Source: a bacterium (GTDB taxonomy: Bacteria; Chloroflexota; Anaerolineae; Anaerolineales; Villigracilaceae). Taken from it: 34,698 nt of DNA. The stretch's first letter is position 1, and each line of letters opens with the position of its first letter. The position numbers were made by a program, and so were the translations under genes. The notes beneath the pieces are model-generated. The model made no database searches. It saw nothing but the letters and a program-made list of their open reading frames with translations, and had not been told where the DNA came from. The stretch is taken from the NCBI GenBank assembly GCA_036170295.1, contig JAVHOY010000190.1, forward strand, positions 1-34,698. The letters are read 5' to 3'. Positions 7,452 through 18,018 of this stretch are shown piece after piece.

Positions 7452-10286
7452 TTACGATTGTTGACTCGCTTCATCCGTTGAAGTCAATTTGAGGACGACT
7501 TCCGAGCCGGGCAATACCCGTCCCAATTCTTCCACCGCGATTTGCAATACGTTCTTCAAATTGATCGAGGAACTAATCTTCTCAGTCATGTCGCGGATGG
7601 TTTGTTGCTTGACTACCTGACGCTGCGATTCTTGAATGAGGCGCGCATTTTCCAGCGCAATGGAAAGGCGTTCGGAAATCGCTTCGACCAGGTTGATCTC
7701 GTCCGCGTTCCATTGACGGTCTTGCGTCGGCGCTTTGACATTTAGAACGCCGATCACTTGCCCGCGCAGTTTGATGGGAACGACGATGTACGGCTCTTGA
7801 ACGTTCGCGTCCGCGTTGATGTATAAAGACGCGCCGCTATTTGTGACGCGCCGAATTTCATCGCTTTCTATCGTCTCTTTTAATTTTGTTCCGCCTTTCA
7901 TGGTTTGGCGGTATCCGACTAGATTTTCTTCGCCGATGAACGTCGCCCAATCTTTTTGTAAATTCTGACGATAAAGCGTTTGAGTTTCGCTCAAGGCTTG
8001 TTGCGTTTGTTCAAAGAGGCGCGTATTTTCCAGCGCGATTGAAATTTGATCCGCCAAAATACTCAAATTTTTCACATCGCTTTCGCTAAAGGCGCTGGCG
8101 AGTTCGCTTTGCACATCCAATGCGCCGATGGTTTGGTTGCGTATTTTTAGCGGCAACGCCATTTCGGAGCGGGTGGTTGGCATGTCGGGATTATTGAAGT
8201 AAACGGAATCCGTTCCCACGTCCAGCGCGATGCGATGCTCGCCGCTTTGAGCGACGTTTCCCACAATTCCATGTCCTAATTCGAGTTTATGTCCGCGCGC
8301 CAACATTCTTTTTCCGCCTTCGCTGTTGGCGGCTTGCAGCACGGCGAATTGTTTTGTTTCCTCTATCAGGAAAATGCCGGTGTGATAAAAGCCAAAGCGT
8401 TCGCTGACCAAACGGGCGATGAGCGGCAGCAGAGTTTCGAGTTTTTGTTCGCTCGCGACAATTTTTGAAATTTCGCTAATCGCCTCGAGCTCGTTCGCGC
8501 GTTTTTCGCTTTGCTGCTGCGCGGCTTCAAGGTCTACGGTGCGTTCGGCGACGCGCCCTTCAAGGCTGTCCAGCGTCGCGTTTAATTCGTCAGTCATGCG
8601 GTTAAATGAATGAGAGAGCGCGCCGATTTCATCTTGCGTATGGATATTTGCGCGCGCGCTGATGTCGCCCGACGCGATTTGTTCCGCGACTTTGGTCAGC
8701 GCGACAAGCGGAGACGCGAGAATCTGCGCGCCGCCCAACGCCAATAGAATTGCCATGCCTGCCAGCGCTAACGAAATCAGAATTGTGTTGCGGGTTTGAG
8801 TTTTAATGGTCGCGGCGCTGCTTGTATAAGACTCGCGCACGAGGGCAATCCAATTTTGAGTTTTTAACTTTGCGCCGGTGTTGACGGTGTTGACGCCCAA
8901 TGAATCTGAATAGGCGTCGAAAAATGGAACGGCGTCAAGATGGTTAATGCCGTCTACGACCTTTGCATTCGTGCCGACCAGTACCTCTGCGGGCGTTCCG
9001 GGCGGCATTCTGCCTTCAGACTGAAACGCCACTACTTCAAGCGTGTTAAACGATTTGTACGATTTGAATAATTCGTCGCGGTTGCCGGTATAGGCAAGGC
9101 GCAGATAGGAGATTCGATCCATAAGCGTGACAGTGATATCGGAATCGTTTGGCGCAACCGCGCGCGCCATGCTTTGCAGAATGGTGGCGCGGTATTCGAC
9201 TCTCAGCACGCCGATAATTTGGTTGGCTGGATTTTTGATCGGCGCGCTGAAATAAATGCTCTTTTTTCCTCCGATGAATATCACATTCGACGCAAATGGA
9301 GCGCCCGTTTTTATGACTTGGGTGAAATAAATTCTGACGCTCTCGTCGCCCCCGATATGCTCGGCGGATGTATCCAGCAGATTTTTTCCCGTCGCATCCA
9401 GAACGGCGTATGAATCAATGAAGATTGGATCTTTGCGCTGAAATAAAGACAGGGTAATTTCGGCTTTGCTTTTTTCAACGCTGCTTTCGCGGTCTTGCGG
9501 CGCAAGCGACAAGTAGTCAATCAGCGCGGTTTGTCTCGCTTCGGTGCGGATAGAATCTGTTTGTTGAATATAAAAACTGTCAAAAGTCTCCGCTAGGCTG
9601 TTGGCAAGCGAGGTTAAGCGGTCATGGCTTTCTTGCGTTAGGGTTTGTGCGGTCACATAGTTGTTGTAGATTCCCAGAATGACGAGCGGGATGATTGTGA
9701 TCGTTGCAAATGCGAGCGCCAACTTTGCGCGCAATGTAAATTCATTGAATTGACGCGCAATAATGAAAATGAAAATCGCGGATAGGACGATGGCAAAGAC
9801 TTGTGTGTAGATCGGTTCTGTGTAAAAACCAAAATCGGGCAAGAGCTGATCTAAGACGATAATCAGCGCGCCGACGAGCAGCGACAGCGTATTTCCGCGC
9901 GTGGAATATTTCAACGGCAAGGTTGCCGCCGTAATGCCTATGCCAAGAATTGCGACAAGCGCGCCAACGGCGACGCCTTGTCCGTGACCAATGACAGGAA
10001 TGGCGAGCGATATCAAAAGAATGGACGTTAGCAAGAGCGCGCCCGCAACGGTGGCGCGCCCGCGCCATGCCATCCATGCGCTTATAAAGCTGATTAACGA
10101 AAGCAGGGTCGCGATGCTCAATCCCCAAATATTTACCGCAAATTTGTCGGCGCCTTGCGCGAAAAGGATTCCGCTAATCAGCGCAAACAGGGAACCAATA
10201 ATTACGCTGACCCAGATAGTTCGGGTTCGGCGCGTCTCTTCCTGTTTGATTGTTTTTTGTTCGGTTGCGTAAGTGTCGCTCATCAT
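7452..10286 (-). CDS. Membrane receptor: multi-TM + dCache + HAMP + GAF + split-GAF module
   Basis: Same architecture as 1649-4447, sharing SYA.LDA.G.NLLDT and IYF.API; HAMP (PLVALTKVAEQIASGD...DEIGALSHSFNRM); conserved GAF. Confidence 0.88.
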   Translation of the reverse strand: MMSDTYATEQKTIKQEETRRTRTIWVSVIIGSLFALISGILFAQGADKFAVNIWGLSIATLLSLISFISAWMAWRGRATVAGALLLTSILLISLAIPVIGHGQGVAVGALVAILGIGITAATLPLKYSTRGNTLSLLVGALIIVLDQLLPDFGFYTEPIYTQVFAIVLSAIFIFIIARQFNEFTLRAKLALAFATITIIPLVILGIYNNYVTAQTLTQESHDRLTSLANSLAETFDSFYIQQTDSIRTEARQTALIDYLSLAPQDRESSVEKSKAEITLSLFQRKDPIFIDSYAVLDATGKNLLDTSAEHIGGDESVRIYFTQVIKTGAPFASNVIFIGGKKSIYFSAPIKNPANQIIGVLRVEYRATILQSMARAVAPNDSDITVTLMDRISYLRLAYTGNRDELFKSYKSFNTLEVVAFQSEGRMPPGTPAEVLVGTNAKVVDGINHLDAVPFFDAYSDSLGVNTVNTGAKLKTQNWIALVRESYTSSAATIKTQTRNTILISLALAGMAILLALGGAQILASPLVALTKVAEQIASGDISARANIHTQDEIGALSHSFNRMTDELNATLDSLEGRVAERTVDLEAAQQQSEKRANELEAISEISKIVASEQKLETLLPLIARLVSERFGFYHTGIFLIEETKQFAVLQAANSEGGKRMLARGHKLELGHGIVGNVAQSGEHRIALDVGTDSVYFNNPDMPTTRSEMALPLKIRNQTIGALDVQSELASAFSESDVKNLSILADQISIALENTRLFEQTQQALSETQTLYRQNLQKDWATFIGEENLVGYRQTMKGGTKLKETIESDEIRRVTNSGASLYINADANVQEPYIVVPIKLRGQVIGVLNVKAPTQDRQWNADEINLVEAISERLSIALENARLIQESQRQVVKQQTIRDMTEKISSSINLKNVLQIAVEELGRVLPGSEVVLKLTSTDEASQQS

Positions 10287-10300
10287 CGCTCTCTAAAAAA

Positions 10301-11296
10301 TCATTTTGGTTGGGGAAGAAAATTTGGCGTAAAGATGGATTTTATATTCGGCTGGATGGCTAAAGCGCCGCTGGAGATTAAATAATCGGCGGTCTTTTGC
10401 GCTATGTTGAAAATCGAATTTGCTTCGCTGACAGGCAGCGTATACATGGCGAGATTGTCTTCGTAGGTATACACCTTTAAGTTTGGGTCTGCTTCAATTT
10501 GTTTCACGGGAACGCCGAGATATTTTGCGGCGATCTGACGGGTTTCTTCCGGGTGATTGAAGCGGTAGGCAATCGCCTTAAACATCGCGCGCATATACGC
10601 TTGAATATCTTGAGGACGCTGGTCCACGACGTTTTGGCGAAAAGCGATTGTATCGGGAAAGAGTCGCAGCGTATTATCCGTTGGATAAAGAATGTGCGCG
10701 CCCTCCTTGATGGCTTGCGACGTGGACGGCTCCCAAGTGAACGCCGCCTGAATTTCATTTTTTGACAACGCTTCAGAGACTTGTTCTGGGTTGACGTTGC
10801 GAATATTAACATCCGCCGCGCTCATGCCTGCGGAGGCGAGCATTTCTCTGACCAGCAATTCATACTGCGTTCCCACGAGCGTCCCAACGGTTTTTCCCTT
10901 TAGGTCGCTGATGGATTTTATTTCTGGCTGCGCGACGATGGGCATGTAGCCGCCGTCGTCTTCCAAGCCGATCACTTTTAGTGGGGCATGACGGTTAATG
11001 CTCATCACATCGCCGATGGCGAGATAGGCGGCGTCAATCTGTCCAGCGGCGAGGTCTGAAAAAGCGTCGGTATATATTTTATAGTACACAGGCTCGACCT
11101 CAACGCCTTCTTCCGCAAAAAAACCTTTTTCTTTAGCGACCAATAATGTGTAATCGCCCCACCAGAACGTATATTCCACGCGGAGCGGAGGCAACGGGCG
11201 CGGCGTGGGTTGAAACAACGAGCCGCCGCTGCATGACGCGAGCGCGGAAACAATCAATGCGAGTAAAACGATTTTTACGAGAATGGCGCTTTTCAT
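10301..11296 (-). CDS. SsuA/NrtA/TauA-like (NMT1 superfamily) substrate-binding lipoprotein
   Basis: Lipobox LASC; motifs VAKEKGFFAEEGVEVE, IKSISDLKGKTVG and AAFTWEP. Confidence 0.87.
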   Translation of the reverse strand: MKSAILVKIVLLALIVSALASCSGGSLFQPTPRPLPPLRVEYTFWWGDYTLLVAKEKGFFAEEGVEVEPVYYKIYTDAFSDLAAGQIDAAYLAIGDVMSINRHAPLKVIGLEDDGGYMPIVAQPEIKSISDLKGKTVGTLVGTQYELLVREMLASAGMSAADVNIRNVNPEQVSEALSKNEIQAAFTWEPSTSQAIKEGAHILYPTDNTLRLFPDTIAFRQNVVDQRPQDIQAYMRAMFKAIAYRFNHPEETRQIAAKYLGVPVKQIEADPNLKVYTYEDNLAMYTLPVSEANSIFNIAQKTADYLISSGALAIQPNIKSIFTPNFLPQPK

Positions 11297-11302
11297 TATG
11301 AT

Positions 11303-13249
11303 TTAGCCCATCATGTCTAATTCAATAGCGTTTGGTTCGATCTGCACGACCACATCCGAGCCGCCCAGCGCGCGACTGAGTTCTTGCGCGGCGGTTTGCA
11401 GAATCGTTTCAAAGCGCGACGAGGAACTGATCATGGATGAAATATCCGTAGTGACGCGCTCCATATTGGCGCGGTGTTGCGTGGCTTGCAACAGACTTGC
11501 CGTTTCCATCGCAAGCGAGAGACGCTCAATGACTGATTCGACAATATCCACGTCGTCGCTCGTGATTTTGTAATTATTGTTCGCGCGCAGGTTGATAACG
11601 CCCACGACTTTTTCGCGCAACCGAATGGGAACCGCCAGCGTCGAATCTGATTCGTTATTCGTTAGCACGGATTTATTTTGCGCGATGGCGTTTTGAATAT
11701 CTTCGCCTGCCAATTGTTTCTCCAGCGGGCGCATGATGGATTTTGCGTACTCAAATCCCAATCCCAAAGATTTGGGGCGCATGGCTTTCCACGTTTCATG
11801 CGCGTTCTCTCCGATGGATTTTTTGTATTCGGCGAGTTCGCTGCGAATTTCATCAAAGACGAGCGTATTTCTGATGACGGCGGATACTTGGTCGGCAAGC
11901 GTTAGCAGCGTTTCAATATCGTCTTGTCCAAAGGCGTTGGCTTCCGTGCTTTGCACATCCAAAGCGCCGATGACCTGTCCGGCGTAACGCAACGGCATGG
12001 CGATCTCTGAGCGGGTGTCTGGCAGGTCTGGGTTTTCAAAGTGGACCGCGTCGGCGCCGATGTCTAATGCGATGCGCGTTTGCCCGGTGGCGGTCACAAA
12101 GCCTACGATGCCGACTTGTCCGACGCGCAGTTTATGCCCGCGCGCGAGCATTTTTCTGCCGCCGTCGCTGTTCGCGGCGCGTAAGACGGCAAACTCGCGT
12201 TCTTTATCCAGCAAAAAAATGCCGGTGTGATAAATGTCGAATTGTTCGCTGATCACTTGGGTCACATACGGAAGCAAAGTGTCTGGGTCTTGAATGGATG
12301 TGATGGCGCGAGTCACCTGCGAAATCGCTTCAAATTGATGCGCGCGGTTAATCTTTTGTTGGTTGACGCTTTCCAGTTTAGATGTGCGTTCTGCGACGCG
12401 CTGCTCTAGGTTTTGCACCAAGCTCTGGAGTTCGCTGGACATTTTATTAAATATTTGTATTAGATCAAAAGCTTCTTTGCTGTTTCTTGCCAATGAAATT
12501 GGGATTGTTTCAAAGTCGCCTTTGGATGCGAGAGCAATTTGGGCGGCTACTGTAGTTAATGCAACAGAGGGGCGAGAAAAACGATACCCAAAAAACGAGG
12601 CGAGTAAGATAACAAGAGGAATAGACAGTCCAAAATAAATTAAGATTTGCTGCCTTGCTTTTTGTTCCACCTGTGTGACGATATCCGCCTTTATATCTAC
12701 ACCCAGAATAGATTCAAGACTGCCATCCCGTTTATAAATAGGCGTGTAGGCAGAAATAACGGTTCCAAACTCATCTGTATAGATGTCGTTTTCCACTACG
12801 GTGCCTGAGGGCGAAGCGAAGGTCGCCAATAGCAAATCAGTTGGTTGTTCGTACGGTATGACTCCGGGCGGGTCGGGTACATAGCTTGGGATGCCTGCGT
12901 CCATATAAAAATATATGATTCCTTCTTTATTCTGGCGCATGGTGTAGATGTTGAGTACGTCGCTGTCGGCGTTGATAATGTCGGAAAGTTCCTTTTGATA
13001 CTTAATATAGGATGGGTTTTCAAGATCGGTTTTATCCGCTATTGTGGCTAGTTCTTGCGGATCGAGTTGAAGCGCGGCTATATTTGCGATGCTTTTCAAA
13101 CGCAATTTTAAATCTTCGAGCGCTTGATTGCTGAGATCTAAATAAAATATTCCAGTAACAATTACGCTAATCACAATTCCCAATATAACCATGCCGATTG
13201 TGATTGTCGTTTGTAAGTTAATGTAGCGTCGTTTTGACCGGCTATCCAC
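11303..13249 (-). CDS. Membrane receptor: single Cache-like sensor + degenerate HAMP + GAF + split-GAF module
   Basis: GTG start with an AAGGAG RBS; two TM helices flank NIYTMR...YTDEFGTVISAYTPI...LGVDI; conserved GAF. Confidence 0.86.
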   Translation of the reverse strand: MDSRSKRRYINLQTTITIGMVILGIVISVIVTGIFYLDLSNQALEDLKLRLKSIANIAALQLDPQELATIADKTDLENPSYIKYQKELSDIINADSDVLNIYTMRQNKEGIIYFYMDAGIPSYVPDPPGVIPYEQPTDLLLATFASPSGTVVENDIYTDEFGTVISAYTPIYKRDGSLESILGVDIKADIVTQVEQKARQQILIYFGLSIPLVILLASFFGYRFSRPSVALTTVAAQIALASKGDFETIPISLARNSKEAFDLIQIFNKMSSELQSLVQNLEQRVAERTSKLESVNQQKINRAHQFEAISQVTRAITSIQDPDTLLPYVTQVISEQFDIYHTGIFLLDKEREFAVLRAANSDGGRKMLARGHKLRVGQVGIVGFVTATGQTRIALDIGADAVHFENPDLPDTRSEIAMPLRYAGQVIGALDVQSTEANAFGQDDIETLLTLADQVSAVIRNTLVFDEIRSELAEYKKSIGENAHETWKAMRPKSLGLGFEYAKSIMRPLEKQLAGEDIQNAIAQNKSVLTNNESDSTLAVPIRLREKVVGVINLRANNNYKITSDDVDIVESVIERLSLAMETASLLQATQHRANMERVTTDISSMISSSSRFETILQTAAQELSRALGGSDVVVQIEPNAIELDMMG

Positions 13250-13331
13250 AGGTTTGCTCCTTGCTGAAAACTCTGTTCTTTTTTGCGGAAGAATTTATAA
13301 AATTGGCAAGCATAAAAATAACTCCTGCGAC

Positions 13332-16262
13332 TTACGACTTGGCGGGCGTATCGGTAAATTGAATGGCAACGTCTACGCCGGGCAACGTGGCGCCCAGTTC
13401 TTGAATGGCGGTTTGGACGAGACGCTCAATGTCGGTCAACCCGCCGATCTTGGCGGAGATTTCTCCGATGGTGCGTTCTTTGGACGCGCGTTTTTGCGAC
13501 TCGAGCAGCAGACGCGCATTATCCAGCGCGAGGGCGGTGCGTTCGGCGGCGGCTTGCGCCATCGAAATTTCGTCGTTACTCCATTCGCGATTGGGGTCGA
13601 GCGCGCTGAGTTTGATCGAGCCAATTTGAATGCCGCGCAACATGAGCGGAACGCTAAGTTTATGCGGGCGTTGTTTATCGGCAGGCTGAATGGTTTTTAT
13701 GTCTATGCCGTCGAAGTAATATCCTTGCGTCGTTTCGCTGGCAAGGAAGCGACTCCATTGCTGTCCGCTCAATTGAAGCGACGCATTTTCAGCCTGAGCG
13801 AGCGCTTCGCGGCTTTGTTGATACGAGCGCGCGTTTTGAATAGCGGCGCTGACTTGGTCCGCCAAGATGGATAGAATGTTGATATCTTCCTGCGAGAATG
13901 CGTTTGTCTCTGTGCTTTGCGCGTCTAGCGCGCCAAAAATTTCCGAGCCAACGCGCAGGGGCAGGGCAATCTCGGAGTGCGTATCGGGCAGGTCTGGATT
14001 ATTGAAGTAAGCCGCATCCAAACCCACGTTTAGCGCGACGCGCGCTTGACCGACATTTGTAACATAACCGACGATGCCGACTCCGCCAACCTTCAGACGA
14101 TGGTTTCTCGCGAGCAGTTTTTTTCCGCCCTCGCTGTTGGCGGCGACAAGAATTGCAAATTCGTGATGGTTGTCTAAAAGGAAAATACCGACGTGATAGA
14201 AATTGAATTCTGTCGAAATGGTTTCTGTAATTTGCGGAAGAAGCGCGTCCAGCGTCTGCGTAGATGCGATGACGCTCGCCACGCGCGCGATGGCTTCGAA
14301 TTGAGCGGCGCGACGCGTGGCGCTTTCATTGGCTTTTTCCAAATCCAGTGTGCGTTCAGATACGCGTCCCTCAAGCCCTTGAAGCGAGTCGTTCAATTTT
14401 TCAGTCATGGTATTGAAGGAAGCGGCGAGGACTCCCGTTTCATCTTGAGCGTCAATACTGGCGCGCGCCGAAAGGTCTCCCGCCGCGATCTGTTCTACGG
14501 TTTTGGTCAGACGCAACAACGGTCTAGTGATGATTTGACCGATCCATAAACTGACGAGCGCCGCGCCGACGAACAGTCCGATCATGAGGAAGAATACGCC
14601 TTGCAGCGCCGCCTTTAATTCGTTTTGAATATCCGCGCGATTTTTAAGAATGATTTGATTGAGTTCGTTTTTTGGCGCGATTATCGCCAGGCGATATGCG
14701 GGCGTTTTGACCGGAGCGAAACCCAGATAGGTATCCACGCCATTAATTTCAAGGCTGGATAAATTTGTTTCGCCGCTTACGATTTTTCGCGTTGCCTGTT
14801 GCAGCGCATCTGTGCCTTTGCCAAACGCTGTTTGTTTCGGGCTTTCATTCACGGGAACTTGTTCGGGCTTCAAACCAAACAAGGCATATCCCTGCGGCGG
14901 CATAGCAAGGATGTGACCTTCGCTGTCTAGCAGGAAGGCGAAACTGCCTTCGCCAATTTTAATATTTGATATTGTCTCCGCGATTTGTGCGAGCTGCAAA
15001 TCCGCGCTGAGTACGCCTTTGAAAGTATTATCCGCATAGATCGGAATGGATAAGGTGACGATCAAGCCCGTTCCTGCCGGGTCTTGGTAGGGAGGCGTCC
15101 AACGCGGCAGACGCTTGGGATCGTTTTGCGGGTCGGCGATGGTGAAGAAGGGCTGCTTGACCGCGTCAAAATCTGCGGGGATGTTATCCACTAAATTGAT
15201 GTTTGGGTAATAAGTTGTTGCGCCTGACGCGCTGATGTAATATACAGCTGCGATCTTCGGGTTTGTTTTCAAAAAATTGGGCGCGGCAAAATTAAGGTAG
15301 GCGGTTGTATTCAGGTCAGCCAACATGGCTTCGTTTAGAGGATATATATTGGGTATGAAAATAGAGGCGGGACCCGTAGATAAATTGCCGTATTGTCCTT
15401 TAGGAAATTGAAAAACTTTTTCGCTCGCGTTCCAATAATCTCCTGCTGTAAATAGATCTTTGCGGGCTTCCAGATTGGCTCGATATTCGGCAAGGCTGGT
15501 CAGGTTGTTTAGCGTCTCAAAGAAAACATCGTCGGCTTTGTCGGCTTCCACTTCAGTCGCGTTTAAGATTTGCGTTTTGCTGTGTTCCGTAGCGCTGCTT
15601 TCAAACTTTTTCGTCAGCGAGTCTACGACCGCGCCCGCGCGGTTCAAGCCGAATAACATCAGCGCAAAGACGGTGATTGCGCCTGTGACCAGAATGCCGA
15701 AAGCGATCTTGGTGCGCAGGCTGAATTTTTTAAACTCTTGCAGCAATACGACGAAAAGCAAGATCACGGCGACGACGACAATATAAGGCGTATAGGCTTG
15801 CAACTGCGGAATGTTGAGCCGCTCGGCGCCGAGATTAAGGTCTATCCCAAAAGCGAGCAAACCCGCGAGGATGCCGATTATGAATCCAGCCGATGAATAT
15901 TTTGGCGGCATGGCAAGCCTTGTAATTGCCAAGGTCGCGCTGATCGCTGCGACCGTAATGATGAGTCCCAGTCCTTGCACAAAGAATGGAATGAGTAAAA
16001 GGTTGACGAGAAGCAGCGCAATAATCAGACTCATTGCCAGCGTGATTTTGCCCGCGCGAATTTGCGAAAGCAGCCAAACATCAATAACCACCGTGAGCGC
16101 TAAAGACGCGGGCAGGATAAATAACTGCGGCAGGTTGTTTGCGAAACCGAGATAAGCAAACAGAGCGCCCGCCGTCGTTGCGACGAACATCAGCGTTGCG
16201 ATAATAAAACGTCCGTTGCGGGCGTAATTTATCGCGGAAGTTTTCTGCGAAGGTTGAGACAT
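13332..16262 (-). CDS. Membrane receptor: multi-TM + dCache_1 + HAMP + GAF + split-GAF module
   Basis: dCache_1 hallmarks WTPPYQDPAGTGLIVTLSIPIY...GVLSADL...FAFLLDSEGHILAMP; HAMP; conserved GAF. Confidence 0.88.
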   Translation of the reverse strand: MSQPSQKTSAINYARNGRFIIATLMFVATTAGALFAYLGFANNLPQLFILPASLALTVVIDVWLLSQIRAGKITLAMSLIIALLLVNLLLIPFFVQGLGLIITVAAISATLAITRLAMPPKYSSAGFIIGILAGLLAFGIDLNLGAERLNIPQLQAYTPYIVVVAVILLFVVLLQEFKKFSLRTKIAFGILVTGAITVFALMLFGLNRAGAVVDSLTKKFESSATEHSKTQILNATEVEADKADDVFFETLNNLTSLAEYRANLEARKDLFTAGDYWNASEKVFQFPKGQYGNLSTGPASIFIPNIYPLNEAMLADLNTTAYLNFAAPNFLKTNPKIAAVYYISASGATTYYPNINLVDNIPADFDAVKQPFFTIADPQNDPKRLPRWTPPYQDPAGTGLIVTLSIPIYADNTFKGVLSADLQLAQIAETISNIKIGEGSFAFLLDSEGHILAMPPQGYALFGLKPEQVPVNESPKQTAFGKGTDALQQATRKIVSGETNLSSLEINGVDTYLGFAPVKTPAYRLAIIAPKNELNQIILKNRADIQNELKAALQGVFFLMIGLFVGAALVSLWIGQIITRPLLRLTKTVEQIAAGDLSARASIDAQDETGVLAASFNTMTEKLNDSLQGLEGRVSERTLDLEKANESATRRAAQFEAIARVASVIASTQTLDALLPQITETISTEFNFYHVGIFLLDNHHEFAILVAANSEGGKKLLARNHRLKVGGVGIVGYVTNVGQARVALNVGLDAAYFNNPDLPDTHSEIALPLRVGSEIFGALDAQSTETNAFSQEDINILSILADQVSAAIQNARSYQQSREALAQAENASLQLSGQQWSRFLASETTQGYYFDGIDIKTIQPADKQRPHKLSVPLMLRGIQIGSIKLSALDPNREWSNDEISMAQAAAERTALALDNARLLLESQKRASKERTIGEISAKIGGLTDIERLVQTAIQELGATLPGVDVAIQFTDTPAKS

Positions 16263-16264
16263 AG

Positions 16265-18007
16265 CTACGCCTTCTCCTCTTTTTCCTGATTCTCAATCTC
16301 CGCCGAAATTTGAGCTCCGCTAATTTGAGAGCTTAACTCGCGGATGACAGTTTTCAAAATCGTCTCAATTTCCGTTGCCCCGCTGATCTTTGCGGACATT
16401 TCGCTGATGGTCTTTTCGCGTTGAGCGCGCCGTTGACTTTCTTCAAGCAGCGAGGCGCTTTCAAGCGCTATGGCTATTCGTTGCGTCGCCGCGCGCGCTA
16501 CATCTATTTCGTCTTCTCCTATTTCTGTGTCTAGCGGAAAATTAATATTAAGTACGCCGATTGTTAACCCGCGCAGTTTAAGCGGAACCGCCAGCGCATT
16601 CTCATTTTTTCTTCTGCTTGGATGGGTAACGGCTATGTCGCCGTTTTCAAACGCATCATGAATTTCGATTGAGGTCGCCTCTTGACTCAACGCAATCGGT
16701 TCTATGCCTACATAGCGATACCCGATCTGCGGATGGGCGCTTAGGTTGGACTTCCACGCTTGTTTTATAACCGTCCCATACCGCAATTGACTTTCTGCGA
16801 GAGCGGTTTGCGTTTCATTGAACATGCGCGCATTTTGAATGGAGATCGTGATCTGGTTGGCGAGCGCCGTTAACGCTTCAACATCTGTCTGATCGAACGC
16901 GTCGACGTCCTTGCTTTGCAGGTCCAATACGCCGATGATCTGCGCGCCGACTTTAAGCGGCAACGCAAATTCTGAACGCGTCTCAGGAAATTCAACGTTG
17001 TTGAATTCAGTTTCCGCGCCCGTTTGGGAATTGCCCGCTTTTGCAACGTATCCTACAAGGCTGGTTTGTCCAAGCGCTAATTTGTATCCGCGTTCCATCA
17101 TGCGCTTTCCGTCTTTGCTGTTGGCTGCGCTTAAGATTGTATATTCCTGCGCCTTGTCGTTCAAATAGATGGCGACGTGATAATAATTAAATTGAGCGCC
17201 GATATCTTCTGTAATGACGGATAACAGCGTATTTAGGTCGCGCTCTGAGGCGATCTTTTGAGTAATCATTTGCGTAACCGCTTTGGATTGCGCCGCGCGC
17301 CGCTTGTTTTCGACGTCCGTTTTTTGCAGAGCAAGCGCTCGTTCTTGCGCTTTGTTTTCAAGCGTTTCCCGAAGTTCTCCTAGCGCTTCATTGCTCTCTT
17401 CAAGGTCTTGTGATTTTTTCTGTATCTGTTTGATAAATTTTTTCGTGTCGCTTAAACTTAGGTAGATAAATAACGCGCTGAAAATTAACAGCATCGTGAT
17501 TTGTATGGCTACCACAAACGGCGCATCGTTTTTTTCTACAATCAGACCCGCCGAGCTGCCGTATGCAAGCGCAAAGACGCTCAACGCGGAAAATCCAGTG
17601 AGCCATAATCCGATTCGATATCCTAAAATTAGACTGGATAGCGCGACAACCATAATATAGCCGCCCGACGCCATAACGTCCTTTACGCCGTTTCCGTTAA
17701 TTGCAAGTAAAGTGGAAGCAGCCCAGATCGTGAAGATATATAAATAACTTGCAGTCTCAACGCGCCCGTTTTTTTCCAAAAAAAAGACAACGATCCATAT
17801 ACCGATTATGCCTTCTATGATTGAGTAGGCTTTGACGGCAAAAATTTGATTGCCTCCCAAATAGGCTGTCAAGTAGGCATAAATCAAGAACAGCGTAACA
17901 ATCGCGGCGAAGCTCAGCACGATCGCGTTAAGATAATACGCGGAGCGCGTTTTCTCTTCGTCGTCGGGAAAAACTGGGGGGCTGAAAAATTTCAGGAGCG
18001 CTTTCAT
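16265..18007 (-). CDS. Membrane receptor: ~6-TM intramembrane sensor + GAF (divergent) + split-GAF module
   Basis: Start moved to the ATG at 18007 (MKALLKFF) because the longer ORF overlaps the previous gene with non-protein-like sequence. Multiple TM helices, a coiled coil, then GAF (YYHVAIYL...LDLQS...NARM). Confidence 0.85.
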   Translation of the reverse strand: MKALLKFFSPPVFPDDEEKTRSAYYLNAIVLSFAAIVTLFLIYAYLTAYLGGNQIFAVKAYSIIEGIIGIWIVVFFLEKNGRVETASYLYIFTIWAASTLLAINGNGVKDVMASGGYIMVVALSSLILGYRIGLWLTGFSALSVFALAYGSSAGLIVEKNDAPFVVAIQITMLLIFSALFIYLSLSDTKKFIKQIQKKSQDLEESNEALGELRETLENKAQERALALQKTDVENKRRAAQSKAVTQMITQKIASERDLNTLLSVITEDIGAQFNYYHVAIYLNDKAQEYTILSAANSKDGKRMMERGYKLALGQTSLVGYVAKAGNSQTGAETEFNNVEFPETRSEFALPLKVGAQIIGVLDLQSKDVDAFDQTDVEALTALANQITISIQNARMFNETQTALAESQLRYGTVIKQAWKSNLSAHPQIGYRYVGIEPIALSQEATSIEIHDAFENGDIAVTHPSRRKNENALAVPLKLRGLTIGVLNINFPLDTEIGEDEIDVARAATQRIAIALESASLLEESQRRAQREKTISEMSAKISGATEIETILKTVIRELSSQISGAQISAEIENQEKEEKA

Positions 18008-18018
18008 GGTCTTCTCTT

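Noticed and set aside
6430-11296. ABC transporter operon
   Set aside because: Only binding proteins are present; there is no permease or ABC ATPase in the window.
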